Assembly: GCA_001600815.1 (NCBI GenBank)
Contig: BCKZ01000013.1
Span: 348,478-393,040, forward strand
Direction of reading: 5' to 3'
Source of the DNA: Alloascoidea hylecoeti
Lineage: Eukaryota
Length of the DNA: 44,563 nucleotides
The translations under genes were made by a program, and so were the position numbers. Shown here piece after piece: positions 11,921-22,286 of the stretch. Every line of letters begins with the position of its first letter. Within the stretch, counting starts at the first letter, position 1. The notes beneath the pieces are model-generated. The model did no database searches. It was not told where the DNA came from and saw nothing but the letters and a program-made list of their open reading frames with translations.

Positions 11921-13660
11921 CTATGCTTGCGTTTCTTCGTTAGTAGTTAGTGATGCAGACCGCTGCTCATCATCTACAGTTAGTTGTGGAACTTCTTCGT
12001 CCTCATTATCTACAATGCCCCATGATCTAATATATCCGTAGACACTTACAATAGCCAGTGTCCACCACGTTATCTCAACACAATTATGCTTCTGGCTATA
12101 TGCCATTATGAATCCCCAAAAGATTGGGCCTACTGATCTAGCAAATGCAGAAGCGACTTGCACAACACCATTAACAGTACCCAAAAACTTCTTTGATGCT
12201 GATCTATTAGTTAGACATGAAAGTTCAGGAAACGCCATTGCATTAAGCATTGTTTTCCAAAACACAATAATAAAAATATAAAAGTATTGAACATCATGTG
12301 GTTTATTTCCTGCTAAAATGATGTAAGGCATTATGAAATATAAAAATGGAAATTGTAACAAAACCATTCTAAATGGTATTAAAGTTCCGTATTCTCTATC
12401 AACCCAAGGTGTTATCGTTAACATTGTTAAAATTCCAACAACCCCATTGCATGATAGAATAAACCCAACCTCAACCGAACTAAAACCCATACCACCGACC
12501 AAATAAAATGGAAAGCGGGATTTTAATGAACTACCATTTGGATCGTCGGGGTTTAAATAAGCAATACTGGTTGATAATACAACTGGTAATAATTGCTCAA
12601 ACACGGTACAACATAATGAAAGTAATGCAGACTGTAAAATCATATGATTTACCTTTGGGGTTAAAATCTCACCCCAATTTTCTTTATATTCTTCCTTTTC
12701 AATGCGTATTAGTTGCTGTTCCTCGTCATCAAGATCTGAACTAGAAGAGGAAGAAGATATTGCGCCATATGAAGTCTCCTCACACTGGAACTGACGCTCA
12801 CTAACTCCTGTGCTAGCGTTTTTTGAATGTTTTGATAGTAAAGCCGTAGTCGCATTTGAATCTAAATTTGAGTACGCCATTTTATATTTTTTGTAGTTTC
12901 TTACAGGAACAGTTAAACCAAAGAATCGTCTAATTTTATCACCAATTTCACAACCATAATCTCTTTCATCTTTTACACTTTCCAGAGTTTCCTCAATGAA
13001 AAAGAATGCAAAAATTAAACTTAAAACAATAATCCCAGATACAACTAGATTTGGCAATGCATATGGATATTTTTTAAAAAAGATTGAATCCCCAAACCAT
13101 TGCGGCAGATTTTCAACAGGATTTGCTAAATATCCACCTAAAGTGGGTCCAATGACACAACCAATTTGCCATAATAAGGGCATGACAGTAAATGCTAGTG
13201 CCTGATGCTTTCTTTCCGTAGCTATTTCTCCTAACATGGTTCTTAATACCCCCACATTTCCATTTAACAAACCGGTTACCGATCTGGCTGCAATAGCCAT
13301 GTAAATATTTGTGGAGAAACCTAGCATTATCATTCCAAGAATCGATCCTATCATGCTTATTAATATAATCGGTTTTCTACCATATTTGTCAGACATTCGT
13401 CCCCAGTGAATACCGGAAATAACTTGGCACATTGCGAATGATCCGGTAATATACCCAGCATACTGTGCTATTTCACCTTCTGATTTGGCAATTCCGAAGT
13501 CCTTTACCATAAAAAAGAGGTAAGGAAAGACAGAAGTAAAGGCAATGGGTTCGGCAAACCTAACCAGAGCAACTATTAGAATCTGACCGAATGGGAATCC
13601 ATCCAACTGTTCCCTCATTGTCATTTTCCGTAGTGGTTGTTTTGTCGTTGATCTTGACAT
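11921..13660 (-). CDS. MFS transporter, YCR023C-like (DHA1/TetA-related); intronless
   Basis: 579-aa ORF with RFAEPIAFTSVFPY, MFS motif A (WGRMSDKYGRKPIIL), GLLNGNVGVLRTMLGEI and GTVNGV...ARSVGP. About 12 hydrophobic segments with a large central loop. Confidence 0.9.
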   Translation of the reverse strand: MSRSTTKQPLRKMTMREQLDGFPFGQILIVALVRFAEPIAFTSVFPYLFFMVKDFGIAKSEGEIAQYAGYITGSFAMCQVISGIHWGRMSDKYGRKPIILISMIGSILGMIMLGFSTNIYMAIAARSVTGLLNGNVGVLRTMLGEIATERKHQALAFTVMPLLWQIGCVIGPTLGGYLANPVENLPQWFGDSIFFKKYPYALPNLVVSGIIVLSLIFAFFFIEETLESVKDERDYGCEIGDKIRRFFGLTVPVRNYKKYKMAYSNLDSNATTALLSKHSKNASTGVSERQFQCEETSYGAISSSSSSSDLDDEEQQLIRIEKEEYKENWGEILTPKVNHMILQSALLSLCCTVFEQLLPVVLSTSIAYLNPDDPNGSSLKSRFPFYLVGGMGFSSVEVGFILSCNGVVGILTMLTITPWVDREYGTLIPFRMVLLQFPFLYFIMPYIILAGNKPHDVQYFYIFIIVFWKTMLNAMAFPELSCLTNRSASKKFLGTVNGVVQVASAFARSVGPIFWGFIMAYSQKHNCVEITWWTLAIVSVYGYIRSWGIVDNEDEEVPQLTVDDEQRSASLTTNEETQA

Positions 13661-14866
13661 TTCTGATCATGTATTGTAAATTTAAAAAATTTAAGTGGGT
13701 GATAAAGGCCTTATAAATATAAAAAATTTAAAATTAAATTTGAAAAAAGAGAGCTTAAGCTTGCATATTAAGATTCGACTACCTACAGATCTACTGATAG
13801 TCATTAACTATTAATTAATATTTCATCTACTGTTCTTTAATATATTAATGAAATCCAAGGATTTTGTTAAAACTTGGTGTTACCAAGTGGGCAGATGCTT
13901 CTTATGATTATAAGTTCAAACTTTTCAGTGACCTTGAATCAAATTTTTTTAAAAATTAATCTCGCCCGTTTATATCCTGAAATTCTGTTAAACAATATTT
14001 TCTGGATCTAAGAAATAACTCAATTCAAGCTCGGTTTAATTATTAGATCTATAGATATAGTTCTGATATACACAATTTCAAATTGAGGAATTAATTGTAA
14101 TAGATATCGTAAGATTGAATTTAAAACAATACAACCTTAAGCTTATAAGACACTGCAGAATGTTTGATGAACAAAAACCTATATTAGCTAAATTTTTTGC
14201 TACTGAATTTATAAATCTGAGTTTGATGAGATGGCTGAAAATTTTAACGTCCGGTCATGGAACACAGAAAACCTGGAGAAGCCTAATAGTATTTAAATAG
14301 ATTACTATATAATATTCATTGCAATTGTGGTTATGAATCTTATGATTATAAATATATTATATTGCGTGCTAATATCGTGTTGCATTTAAAAAAGAGGTCT
14401 GCAGACTCTGCACCAGTAATTCATGCTCGTTTTATAATTATAATTAGTGAAACAGTATTTAAATTTGTTTGTATATTGCTTTTAAGTTTAATAAGTAATT
14501 TATTTCACGCAGACTACGTTTTGTTGAGGAGGTTGGAACTGTACACATACAATCGATATCACTATCGGGAACATATCTTAAGAAGGTAAGAGGTTCTATT
14601 AAAATGTATGATGTTTCACCTTTTTCAGCACTTGCTTTTTGCGTTACCCTTTAGGTTTAGCAACTAAGAGAAATGGGCCGTTATAGTAACTATTTGGGAT
14701 GGTTAGATGAGGATGAATAGCAAGAGCTCAAACCCTCAAAGATAAGCTTAATGTCCGCTAATGTCCGAGCATTATGAAGATCATGACCAATAATTATAAA
14801 CTACTATATATTATTATTTCTTCAAGTCATTTCTGCTGATCCTTTTCCAACATCTCAAATGATATC

Positions 14867-16524
14867 GATGTTGTCTCTTCAACTGGTACTCCATTTTGGT
14901 ATCACCAACTCCCTCAATTTTTGATATAAATAACCAATGTCACTTTTTATAGTTGATGGAGTCTTTAATTCTTGAATTGATGCAACAAATGAAAAAAAAA
15001 CTTGTAATTATATAAATATAAAATAAAGGAGTTCTAAATACGTTGTTAACTCCATCATTTTCACCAAACGCTGGTGTTAAAACTCAAGCTAATGAATTAT
15101 AATCCTGATATAGTAGTTGATTTTGTTTAAAATAAAATTGAAAATTTAATTATAATTAATTCAACTCCTTACACAAAAAAATTAAACCTAGATTCGCAAA
15201 AAGTCACACGACCCTTTGTCGACTTACAGTCTTACACTTATAGGCCTATATGTGGTAGGTGTTGCTCCCGAGGGAAAATAACAACAGTATACTTAGTTCC
15301 GCCGCAATCGCAGAGAGGGCCACTTCTTTCAACTTGAATCCTGTTGATGATTCAAATTATCATATAAACTCCGCATCAAAAAAAAAAAAAAGAAGAGTGT
15401 TACATTATTATAGTTACTGCTGATAAAAAGAGACAAAAAATTTATGCCAAGGAGAATTATTCGAGTAATTATATCCACAACAAAACTTAATACAGGTCTT
15501 ATTTGATTTAGATTCCAAGTTAAAGTAATGTAGTTATAACATCTTAACTTATAGACAAAAATAAATTTAGTACCTAAACAGGGTGGCAAACAAACATAGT
15601 CAATGATAAAAGATTCCCATCGCGACAAGGTAGCGAAAATGATGGTGTTGAGTAGCGCTTTTTACATCCGTAAATCACAGTTAATGAAATCTCAGAATAT
15701 AGTCATTTAATCATTAGAAGCTATTTATTGATAATTTATCATTAAAATTAGTTCTGGGCATGATCTTTTAAAATCTTTCCAGAATACTAATAAAACGATG
15801 ATAATAATTAACAAACAAATAAATTAAAGACAAATCATGATTGATAATAAGATTCACAATAGTAATATTCTCCAAGGGTACATAAACACACAAAACTACT
15901 TCTCTGTTTACTTTACAAAAACCTGAAATGAGTACACGAAAGAAATTTGAATGGAATTGGTTTATGATTAAATATGGTTCTAGGAACAACATATTTGCAA
16001 GCTCCAAATTTTTAATATTAATCTAAAAAAAAATCTAAAAATAATAAAAAAAAATAGACCGAAATGGTTCCCTTTCTGTTCGAGTTCATATTAATATTAC
16101 ATGTACAAGTGTACCATTGGTGACAGTAGAAAAAATACTAAGGTCTATATATGGGTTTGTTTGTTTTTTGCATCTTCTGAACCAGTTAAATCAACTGATC
16201 CTAGATATGATAAAAAAAATCATTTGAGTAGCAATTTAAATTTGTTGTAATATAGTATGAGAAGATTCAAAAAAAAAAGGAATAAATTTCAACGCTTTCA
16301 TATGTTTTTTCATTATTATACATGTATACCGGCATATGCTTCATTGTTCCCACTGAAGAAACAAAAAGACATTTAAAAATTGCTGATGTAATTAAATCAC
16401 TTGCCAAAACCTTAATTCCAATATATGATCAAATACTAAAACTTTAGAACTCGAGATCTATCCTGAAAATGAAGATGAGGAGGATGCAGAAGTCCCTTAT
16501 GTTGTTGTTTGCTTGAATAAATAG
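14867..16524 (+). pseudogene. UBA1: Decayed 3' part of ubiquitin-activating enzyme E1, in two blocks (~14867-15190 and ~16100-16524) separated by ~0.9 kb of unrelated DNA
   Basis: Cross-frame translation gives DVVSSTGTPFW..SPTPSIFDINNQCHF..IVDG, KGVLNTLLTPSFSPNAGVKTQANE, FFASSEPVKSTDPRYDKK, STLSYVFSLLY..ASLFPLKKQK and TLELEIYPENEDEEDAEVPYVVVCLNK*. These are colinear with Uba1 motifs (GEPFWSG-KR-PTPLEFDI, PEFTPNANLKIQVND, FFGFSEP, MLSYGVSLLYASFFP, ILEICADDKEGEDVEVPFI; recalled). Multiple frameshifts, deletions and stops. Confidence 0.8.
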
Positions 16525-16602
16525 ATACATCTTTATATAGGTACCTGTTTGAACCAGATGATAATTATACTGTAGAATCTGTTGCTCTCATGGGATAAGT
16601 TA

Positions 16603-16653
16603 CACGCGCGCTACACTGACAGAGCCAGCGAGTCTTAACCTTGGCCGAGAGGT
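16603..16653 (+). rRNA. Isolated 51-bp fragment of nuclear 18S rRNA (non-functional insertion)
   Basis: CACGCGCGCTACACTGACAGAGCCAGCGAGTCTTAACCTTGGCCGAGAGGT closely matches the conserved fungal 18S 3'-region sequence (..GCACGCGCGCTACACTGACGGAGCCAGCGAGTCTAACCTTGGCCGAGAGGT.., recalled). The flanks are not rRNA. Confidence 0.85.
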
Positions 16654-17477
16654 ACCCAAGCGATGTTAAAAACATACAAGAGGTCGCACGACCTCTTGGT
16701 GTAAATGGTTTTAACAATTAATTAAGTCATGATGTCATGCCAAAAAATACAATGGATTCCTTCAGTATGGACCATAGAGGATGGCATAGACCAATGTTAA
16801 ATATATATTCCAAAATGCTATCGATATTTCGTAGGTAACTTATTTCAACTAATTACCATTAATATTTTTAAATGAATACCTTGAGATCAAGTAAAAATAA
16901 TTTCTAAAATATTAGCTAATTTATTACTGTTTAAACCACTAATAATTTTCTAATACTTTAGCTAAGGATATACTTTTTTAATTTGGTGTGCAACGTGCAT
17001 AGGTTAAGCAAAGGATTTATACTAATTAGAATAATGTAAGATCTTATACTGAGGCTGATTAACATAGTTTACAATACTGTAAAATTATTAATAACTAGAT
17101 ATTAATGGTTCAACGGGCATCTACATGACTTCGAATATGATGAACATAGATCTATAAACTTATTCTTCTCATGAAAACTTGATGTCAGATAAGCATTATA
17201 AAAGATCTAATGAATAAACTAAGCTATTCTATCACTTTACCCAAAATAGTGAAAAGAATGGTATGATGCTTTGAAGCACCTTAGACGGTACAAACTAAAT
17301 CACTTGCCTTATCACACACTCATCAGCGTTCTGAGGTTATCATTTGGATTCTGTTGTATTTGGAAATTCAATTATATCTTCAAGCAGACCTATTATATCC
17401 TTTGTGAGTCTCTTTAACGTAGCCAACTCCTTGAACTTCCCAAGTAAAACAAAACAAAAAATGATTTAGGTCATCAG

Positions 17478-17546
17478 CTTATCGTAATACTAATGCCAGA
17501 AAGATCACGTGCCGCTTATCTCGTCATTTCCCGTCATTTCGTCATT
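17478..17546 (+). promoter_or_regulatory. Motif cluster upstream of ATG9: two GATA sites (CTTATC 17478, 17515), an E-box TCACGTG (17505) and three CGTCATT (17522, 17532, 17540)
   Basis: The motifs are packed within 70 bp, ~220-290 bp upstream of the ATG and just before a T-rich tract. Factor identity is inferred. Confidence 0.5.
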
Positions 17547-17765
17547 CCTTTATTTTTACAAAGACTTTAGGGTAAAATATTTATAATATTTTTATACCTT
17601 TTTTCTTCTTTTTAAAAATATATCGATTTATCTCATTTTTTGTGGTTTTTGTAACTACTGATTTTTGCTGTTTTGTTGAAGGTGTAATATTTTTCTTGCT
17701 TGTATTAATATTAATATCGCCACCACCAACCTCTTTTTTCGCAATCATTTTTAAAGCCTGGATTC

Positions 17766-20549
17766 ATGACAAGCAATAACACTTTTTTATCTCGGGTTTT
17801 CGGTGCAGACTCCTCCACTCTTTTTCCCGATGAGACAGAAAGTACAGAGTTGCTTCAGTTAGGAAATAACAGAGAGGAATCCTCTGATGGTACTAATAGT
17901 ACTTCTACAAATAGACAATCTACGCAAAGGCAGACACAATACCATGACTTATTGAGCTCTTTAAGGGAACAACGTGGATATACTGTTAATCCTCGACCAT
18001 CTCTACTTGACTCTGAACAAGAAGAAGAGGAAGAAGATGAGGATGATGTTGAAAATGAAGATGAAGACGAAGACCTTAATAAAAGCAACAAACACATCGA
18101 TGAACACCCTCTTGCATATCATGGATCCGAATCAAACAACAAACCTATAAGCCTCCTTAATAACCATCATACTCCCCTAGGCAGAGGGCTTAATTCACAC
18201 ATTGGTAGATTAAGTGAAATAGATGAAGAAGAAGATGAGGGTGTTCCAGAATCCTTATTGGTAGAGCAAACCCCATCTCTAACCCACACAAAATTATTAA
18301 GATCAAATTTAAAACATGCACATCAAAATACCATCCCCACACGATATCAACCACCTGCTATTAATCAGACATGGTCTGCTCATTCTGGTGGTAGACAACC
18401 CCCAAATACTGATGCATTTCAACCAGGTATTGGCCATCAGCCTTATAATCCTAGCTTTATGAATCAACCAACAGAAGTAACACATAATTTTTTTCATAAC
18501 AAAAATACAGAAGTTGAGAATGATGATGAAAGAAATAGAAGAGAAAAATTAGGAAATTTAAATGGTAAAGAAAGAGCATTATGGAAATGGGCAAATGTTG
18601 AAAATCTTGATACTTTTTTACAAGATGTTTACATGTTTTATATTGGGAATGGTTTATCATGTATTTTATTAGCAAGAGTATTAGATTTATTAACTTTGAT
18701 ATTTATTGCACAATTTTCAACATATTTAACAATGTGTATTGATTATTCTAAACTAACTTCAAGTTCAAATTTAAATGATATTCGTGTTGAACAATGTAGA
18801 GCAAACATGAATGGATTTATTAAATTTTTACTTTGGATTTTTACATTTTATGTTATATCAAGATTTATTAAATTAATTTTGGATATTAAAAAATTATTAG
18901 ATTTAAAAAAATTTTATTTTTATCTATTAGGTTTTACTGATAAAGAATTGCAAACTGTTTCATGGCCAATTATTGTACAAAGAATAATATTACTAAAAGA
19001 TCAAAATGCAATTACAGCAAATACATCAGATATGAAATCAAAATCAAGAATAAGTGCTCATGATATTGCAAATCGAATAATGAGAAAAGAAAATTATATG
19101 ATTGCAATTTTTAATAAAGATATACTTGATTTATCATTACATTTACCTTTTCTAAATGGGAAACAAATTTTAACAAAAACTTTAGAATGGAATTTAAGTC
19201 TTTGTATATTAGGATTTGTTTTTAATGAACAAGGTCAATTACGTCCTCATATTTTAAAGGAATCATATCGAAAATCATTATCTGAAGAATTAAGAAGAAG
19301 ATTTATAATTGCTGGTATTTTAAATATTATTTTATCTCCATTTATTGTTACTTATTTTTGTTTATATTATTTCTTTGAATATTTCAATGAATATAGGAAA
19401 AATCCTGGTTCTATTGGTTCTCGACAATATACTCCATTAGCTGAATGGAAATTACGTGAATTTAATGAATTATATCATCTTTTTGGTAAAAGATTAAATT
19501 TAAGTACAGATGCTGCAACAAAATATATTGATCAATTCCCAAAGGAGAAAACCGTTTTATTATTAAAATTTACTGCTTTTATAGCTGGTTCGTTTGCTGC
19601 TGTTCTTGGTGTTGCAACAATCCTTGATCCAGAATTATTAATGGGATTTGAAATTACAAAAGATCGATCTGTTTTATTTTATATTACTATATTTGGTACA
19701 ATTTGGGCTGTAGCAAGAGGTGCTATTCCTAGTGATAACTCGGTATTTGATCCAGAAGCAAGCCTAAGACATGTTGCCAGATTTACTCATTATCTTCCTA
19801 TAGAATGGGATGGTAAATATCATACAGAAGAAGTTAAAAAAGAATTCTCTAGACTTTATGATTTAAAAGTTACAATTATTATAAAAGAAATATTAAGTAT
19901 TGTCTTAACCCCTTTCTTATTATGGTTCTCTTTACCCAATTCAAGTGAAAAAATAATTGATTTTTTTAGAGAATTCTCTGTTCATGTCGATGGATTAGGT
20001 TACGTTTGTACATTTGCAATGTTTAATTTTGAAAAAAATGATCAACGAGGTAAAATAGATGGAGGAATACGTGAAGATTATTATGCTTCAAAAGATGGAA
20101 AAATGCTTAAATCATATTTATATTTCTTGGATAGTTATGCAAATGGTCAAAAAACATACCCAACTACAAATTCAAATAGTGCAGACATTGGCACAGGTGA
20201 AAGTAGTATGTATAATACAAATAAATGGCAACCAAATTCAGAAGTGATGGATCCTCAATCAACATCATTTTATTCTGATAGAAAAGATCTTACAGTTGGG
20301 GCAAGTACTTCTGCCCATAATAGAAGATCAAAAAGAAGCCGAATTCCTTCAATGACATCAAGAGGACTGGAAGATAAAATGCAATATAGTTCAATGTTGG
20401 CGGACTCTTTCCAATCTGCTATTCCTAGAGTGGATGATTCAATATATATGAAAAATGTTGATGAAGATGATGAAACAGAAGGTGGGGGTGTGCTCGGCCT
20501 TTTAAATCAATTCTACAAACATGATGGGAGGAAAAATTCTATAGTATAA
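17766..20549 (+). CDS. ATG9: Autophagy protein Atg9 (lipid scramblase)
   Basis: 927-aa ORF with KERALWKWANVENLDTFLQDVY, AHDIANRIMRKENYMIA, LTKTLEWNL, WKLREFNELYHLF and IIDFFREFSVHVDGLGYVCTFAMF. Acidic, disordered N-terminus. Confidence 0.96.
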   Translation: MTSNNTFLSRVFGADSSTLFPDETESTELLQLGNNREESSDGTNSTSTNRQSTQRQTQYHDLLSSLREQRGYTVNPRPSLLDSEQEEEEEDEDDVENEDEDEDLNKSNKHIDEHPLAYHGSESNNKPISLLNNHHTPLGRGLNSHIGRLSEIDEEEDEGVPESLLVEQTPSLTHTKLLRSNLKHAHQNTIPTRYQPPAINQTWSAHSGGRQPPNTDAFQPGIGHQPYNPSFMNQPTEVTHNFFHNKNTEVENDDERNRREKLGNLNGKERALWKWANVENLDTFLQDVYMFYIGNGLSCILLARVLDLLTLIFIAQFSTYLTMCIDYSKLTSSSNLNDIRVEQCRANMNGFIKFLLWIFTFYVISRFIKLILDIKKLLDLKKFYFYLLGFTDKELQTVSWPIIVQRIILLKDQNAITANTSDMKSKSRISAHDIANRIMRKENYMIAIFNKDILDLSLHLPFLNGKQILTKTLEWNLSLCILGFVFNEQGQLRPHILKESYRKSLSEELRRRFIIAGILNIILSPFIVTYFCLYYFFEYFNEYRKNPGSIGSRQYTPLAEWKLREFNELYHLFGKRLNLSTDAATKYIDQFPKEKTVLLLKFTAFIAGSFAAVLGVATILDPELLMGFEITKDRSVLFYITIFGTIWAVARGAIPSDNSVFDPEASLRHVARFTHYLPIEWDGKYHTEEVKKEFSRLYDLKVTIIIKEILSIVLTPFLLWFSLPNSSEKIIDFFREFSVHVDGLGYVCTFAMFNFEKNDQRGKIDGGIREDYYASKDGKMLKSYLYFLDSYANGQKTYPTTNSNSADIGTGESSMYNTNKWQPNSEVMDPQSTSFYSDRKDLTVGASTSAHNRRSKRSRIPSMTSRGLEDKMQYSSMLADSFQSAIPRVDDSIYMKNVDEDDETEGGGVLGLLNQFYKHDGRKNSIV

Positions 20550-22286
20550 TGATGATATATAACATTAAGTATAACATTAATTTTAATCAACTAACGTTTC
20601 CAAGCGCTTATAACTTGCTACCGTCATTGACTCGATACTTGGCTTTCCGTAGGCTACATATGTGTTCCTTTTGTGTTCAGCTTTTTCACATATTTAACTT
20701 GAAGGAATTCATGACCATGCTATCCGATACTTCTATTTGCTTTATGGGTTCTAACATTTTTTACTATCCCTTAAAATGGATCAATTATTGACTTCCGCTC
20801 TCATTTCCTTGTCAAAGTCCATACTGTAACTTGACTTAGCCGTCATCTAAAATCAACTTTTAGTAAGAAGTTCCGGGAAAGGGGTACACTCTAAAGTCGA
20901 ATTAGTGTTGCGAAGTATTTCTTCAATATTATGCATGCAACTTTACATATTACTACATAAGGAAATATCACATCATGCATATATATTCACTCATTTGGAT
21001 AAGGGTAGTTTTATTGTACGCATATGCAAAATCTTAAAATTTGATGATCTTAACTATTTGTATAGCGAAATCGGGGGACTCCTTAATAATTAAGAATTAA
21101 GGACAAAAAAATTGACAAAGGAGTGCAATAATTAATTTGAAGCAAACATTTACATATCTACCTTTTGTCATCTTTAATATAAGCGATTTTGGTGTTGTGC
21201 GATTATAAGCCATCTAGGTAAATGTGGAGTACTGATCTCTACCTGTTTATGAGTAAACTCTACTTTTATTTATAGTATCCAGAGATATTGGTAACCTTTG
21301 GGCAGACTGCTTAATACTGTAGAAACAATACTTTCAGGAGGATTGAAAGCACAATAATCAATAACTTAATCAATCATGAAAAATTGTCTACAATCATGGC
21401 TCTTCTTTCTTCTTTGCTTTACATGAAAACTTGCTGTCGTAATCTAGTAATAAACTATAATAGGGGAAACTATAACTTATATTAGGTAATTCCATTTACT
21501 GTATACGCTACAGTTTGTTTGACTTTTATCTTATCTCACAGAGAAATTCTGTCCCTCATTCTTCTCCATTTTCCTTCGTCTACGTTTGTTTGAAAGTCAC
21601 AAATAACTTAAGATATATTAACCAACCACTCGCTATCTCCAATAATATAATCATATATAGCTAACTAAATAGTTATATAATTAATGTATTATTAGCTTTT
21701 CCATTCTTATAGAACTAATAAACATTTGCTGAAGATTAAATATTTGACTTGTATAAATCCAAAACTTGAATTCTCTGTTCAGAATTTACAAACGAGTTAA
21801 AATAATATCTTCCGATCAAAACTATATAAACTGTACCTATATATTCTGTATGTTTTCACCTTAATTTGAGTCTCTCCTCCGAAATCAACTGGCTTTGTAG
21901 GCCAAGGAACAATGGAAAAGGAAAATAATACAGTATTAGTTGTAGTTAAAGGTATATTGAGTGCATATGATAAGGAAATTTCCGTATCTGAAGTCTGAAA
22001 ATATGCTACTAGTTATATCAATGTTGTTATAAGTAATATTACTTTTGGTAGATTCACAGATTTTGGGATACAACCGTATACATGTAAGGCTTATACATAG
22101 GTAGGTTTTGTAATTAAATAAAAAGAAAAACTCCCCATACTAAAGATTATAAAGAATTTGAAGGTGCTTTATGACGACGATAACATTAAACAGAATCAGG
22201 TTAAATTATATTAATATTAAGACACTCGAAATTTATTTAAGCAAAGATGTTTATTTACAATTTTCTATAGATTATAAATATTTTAA

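Noticed and set aside
17262..17334. ATGATG...CTGA as a C/D-box snoRNA
   Set aside because: Imperfect C box, no terminal stem, and no rRNA-complementary guide that I could identify.
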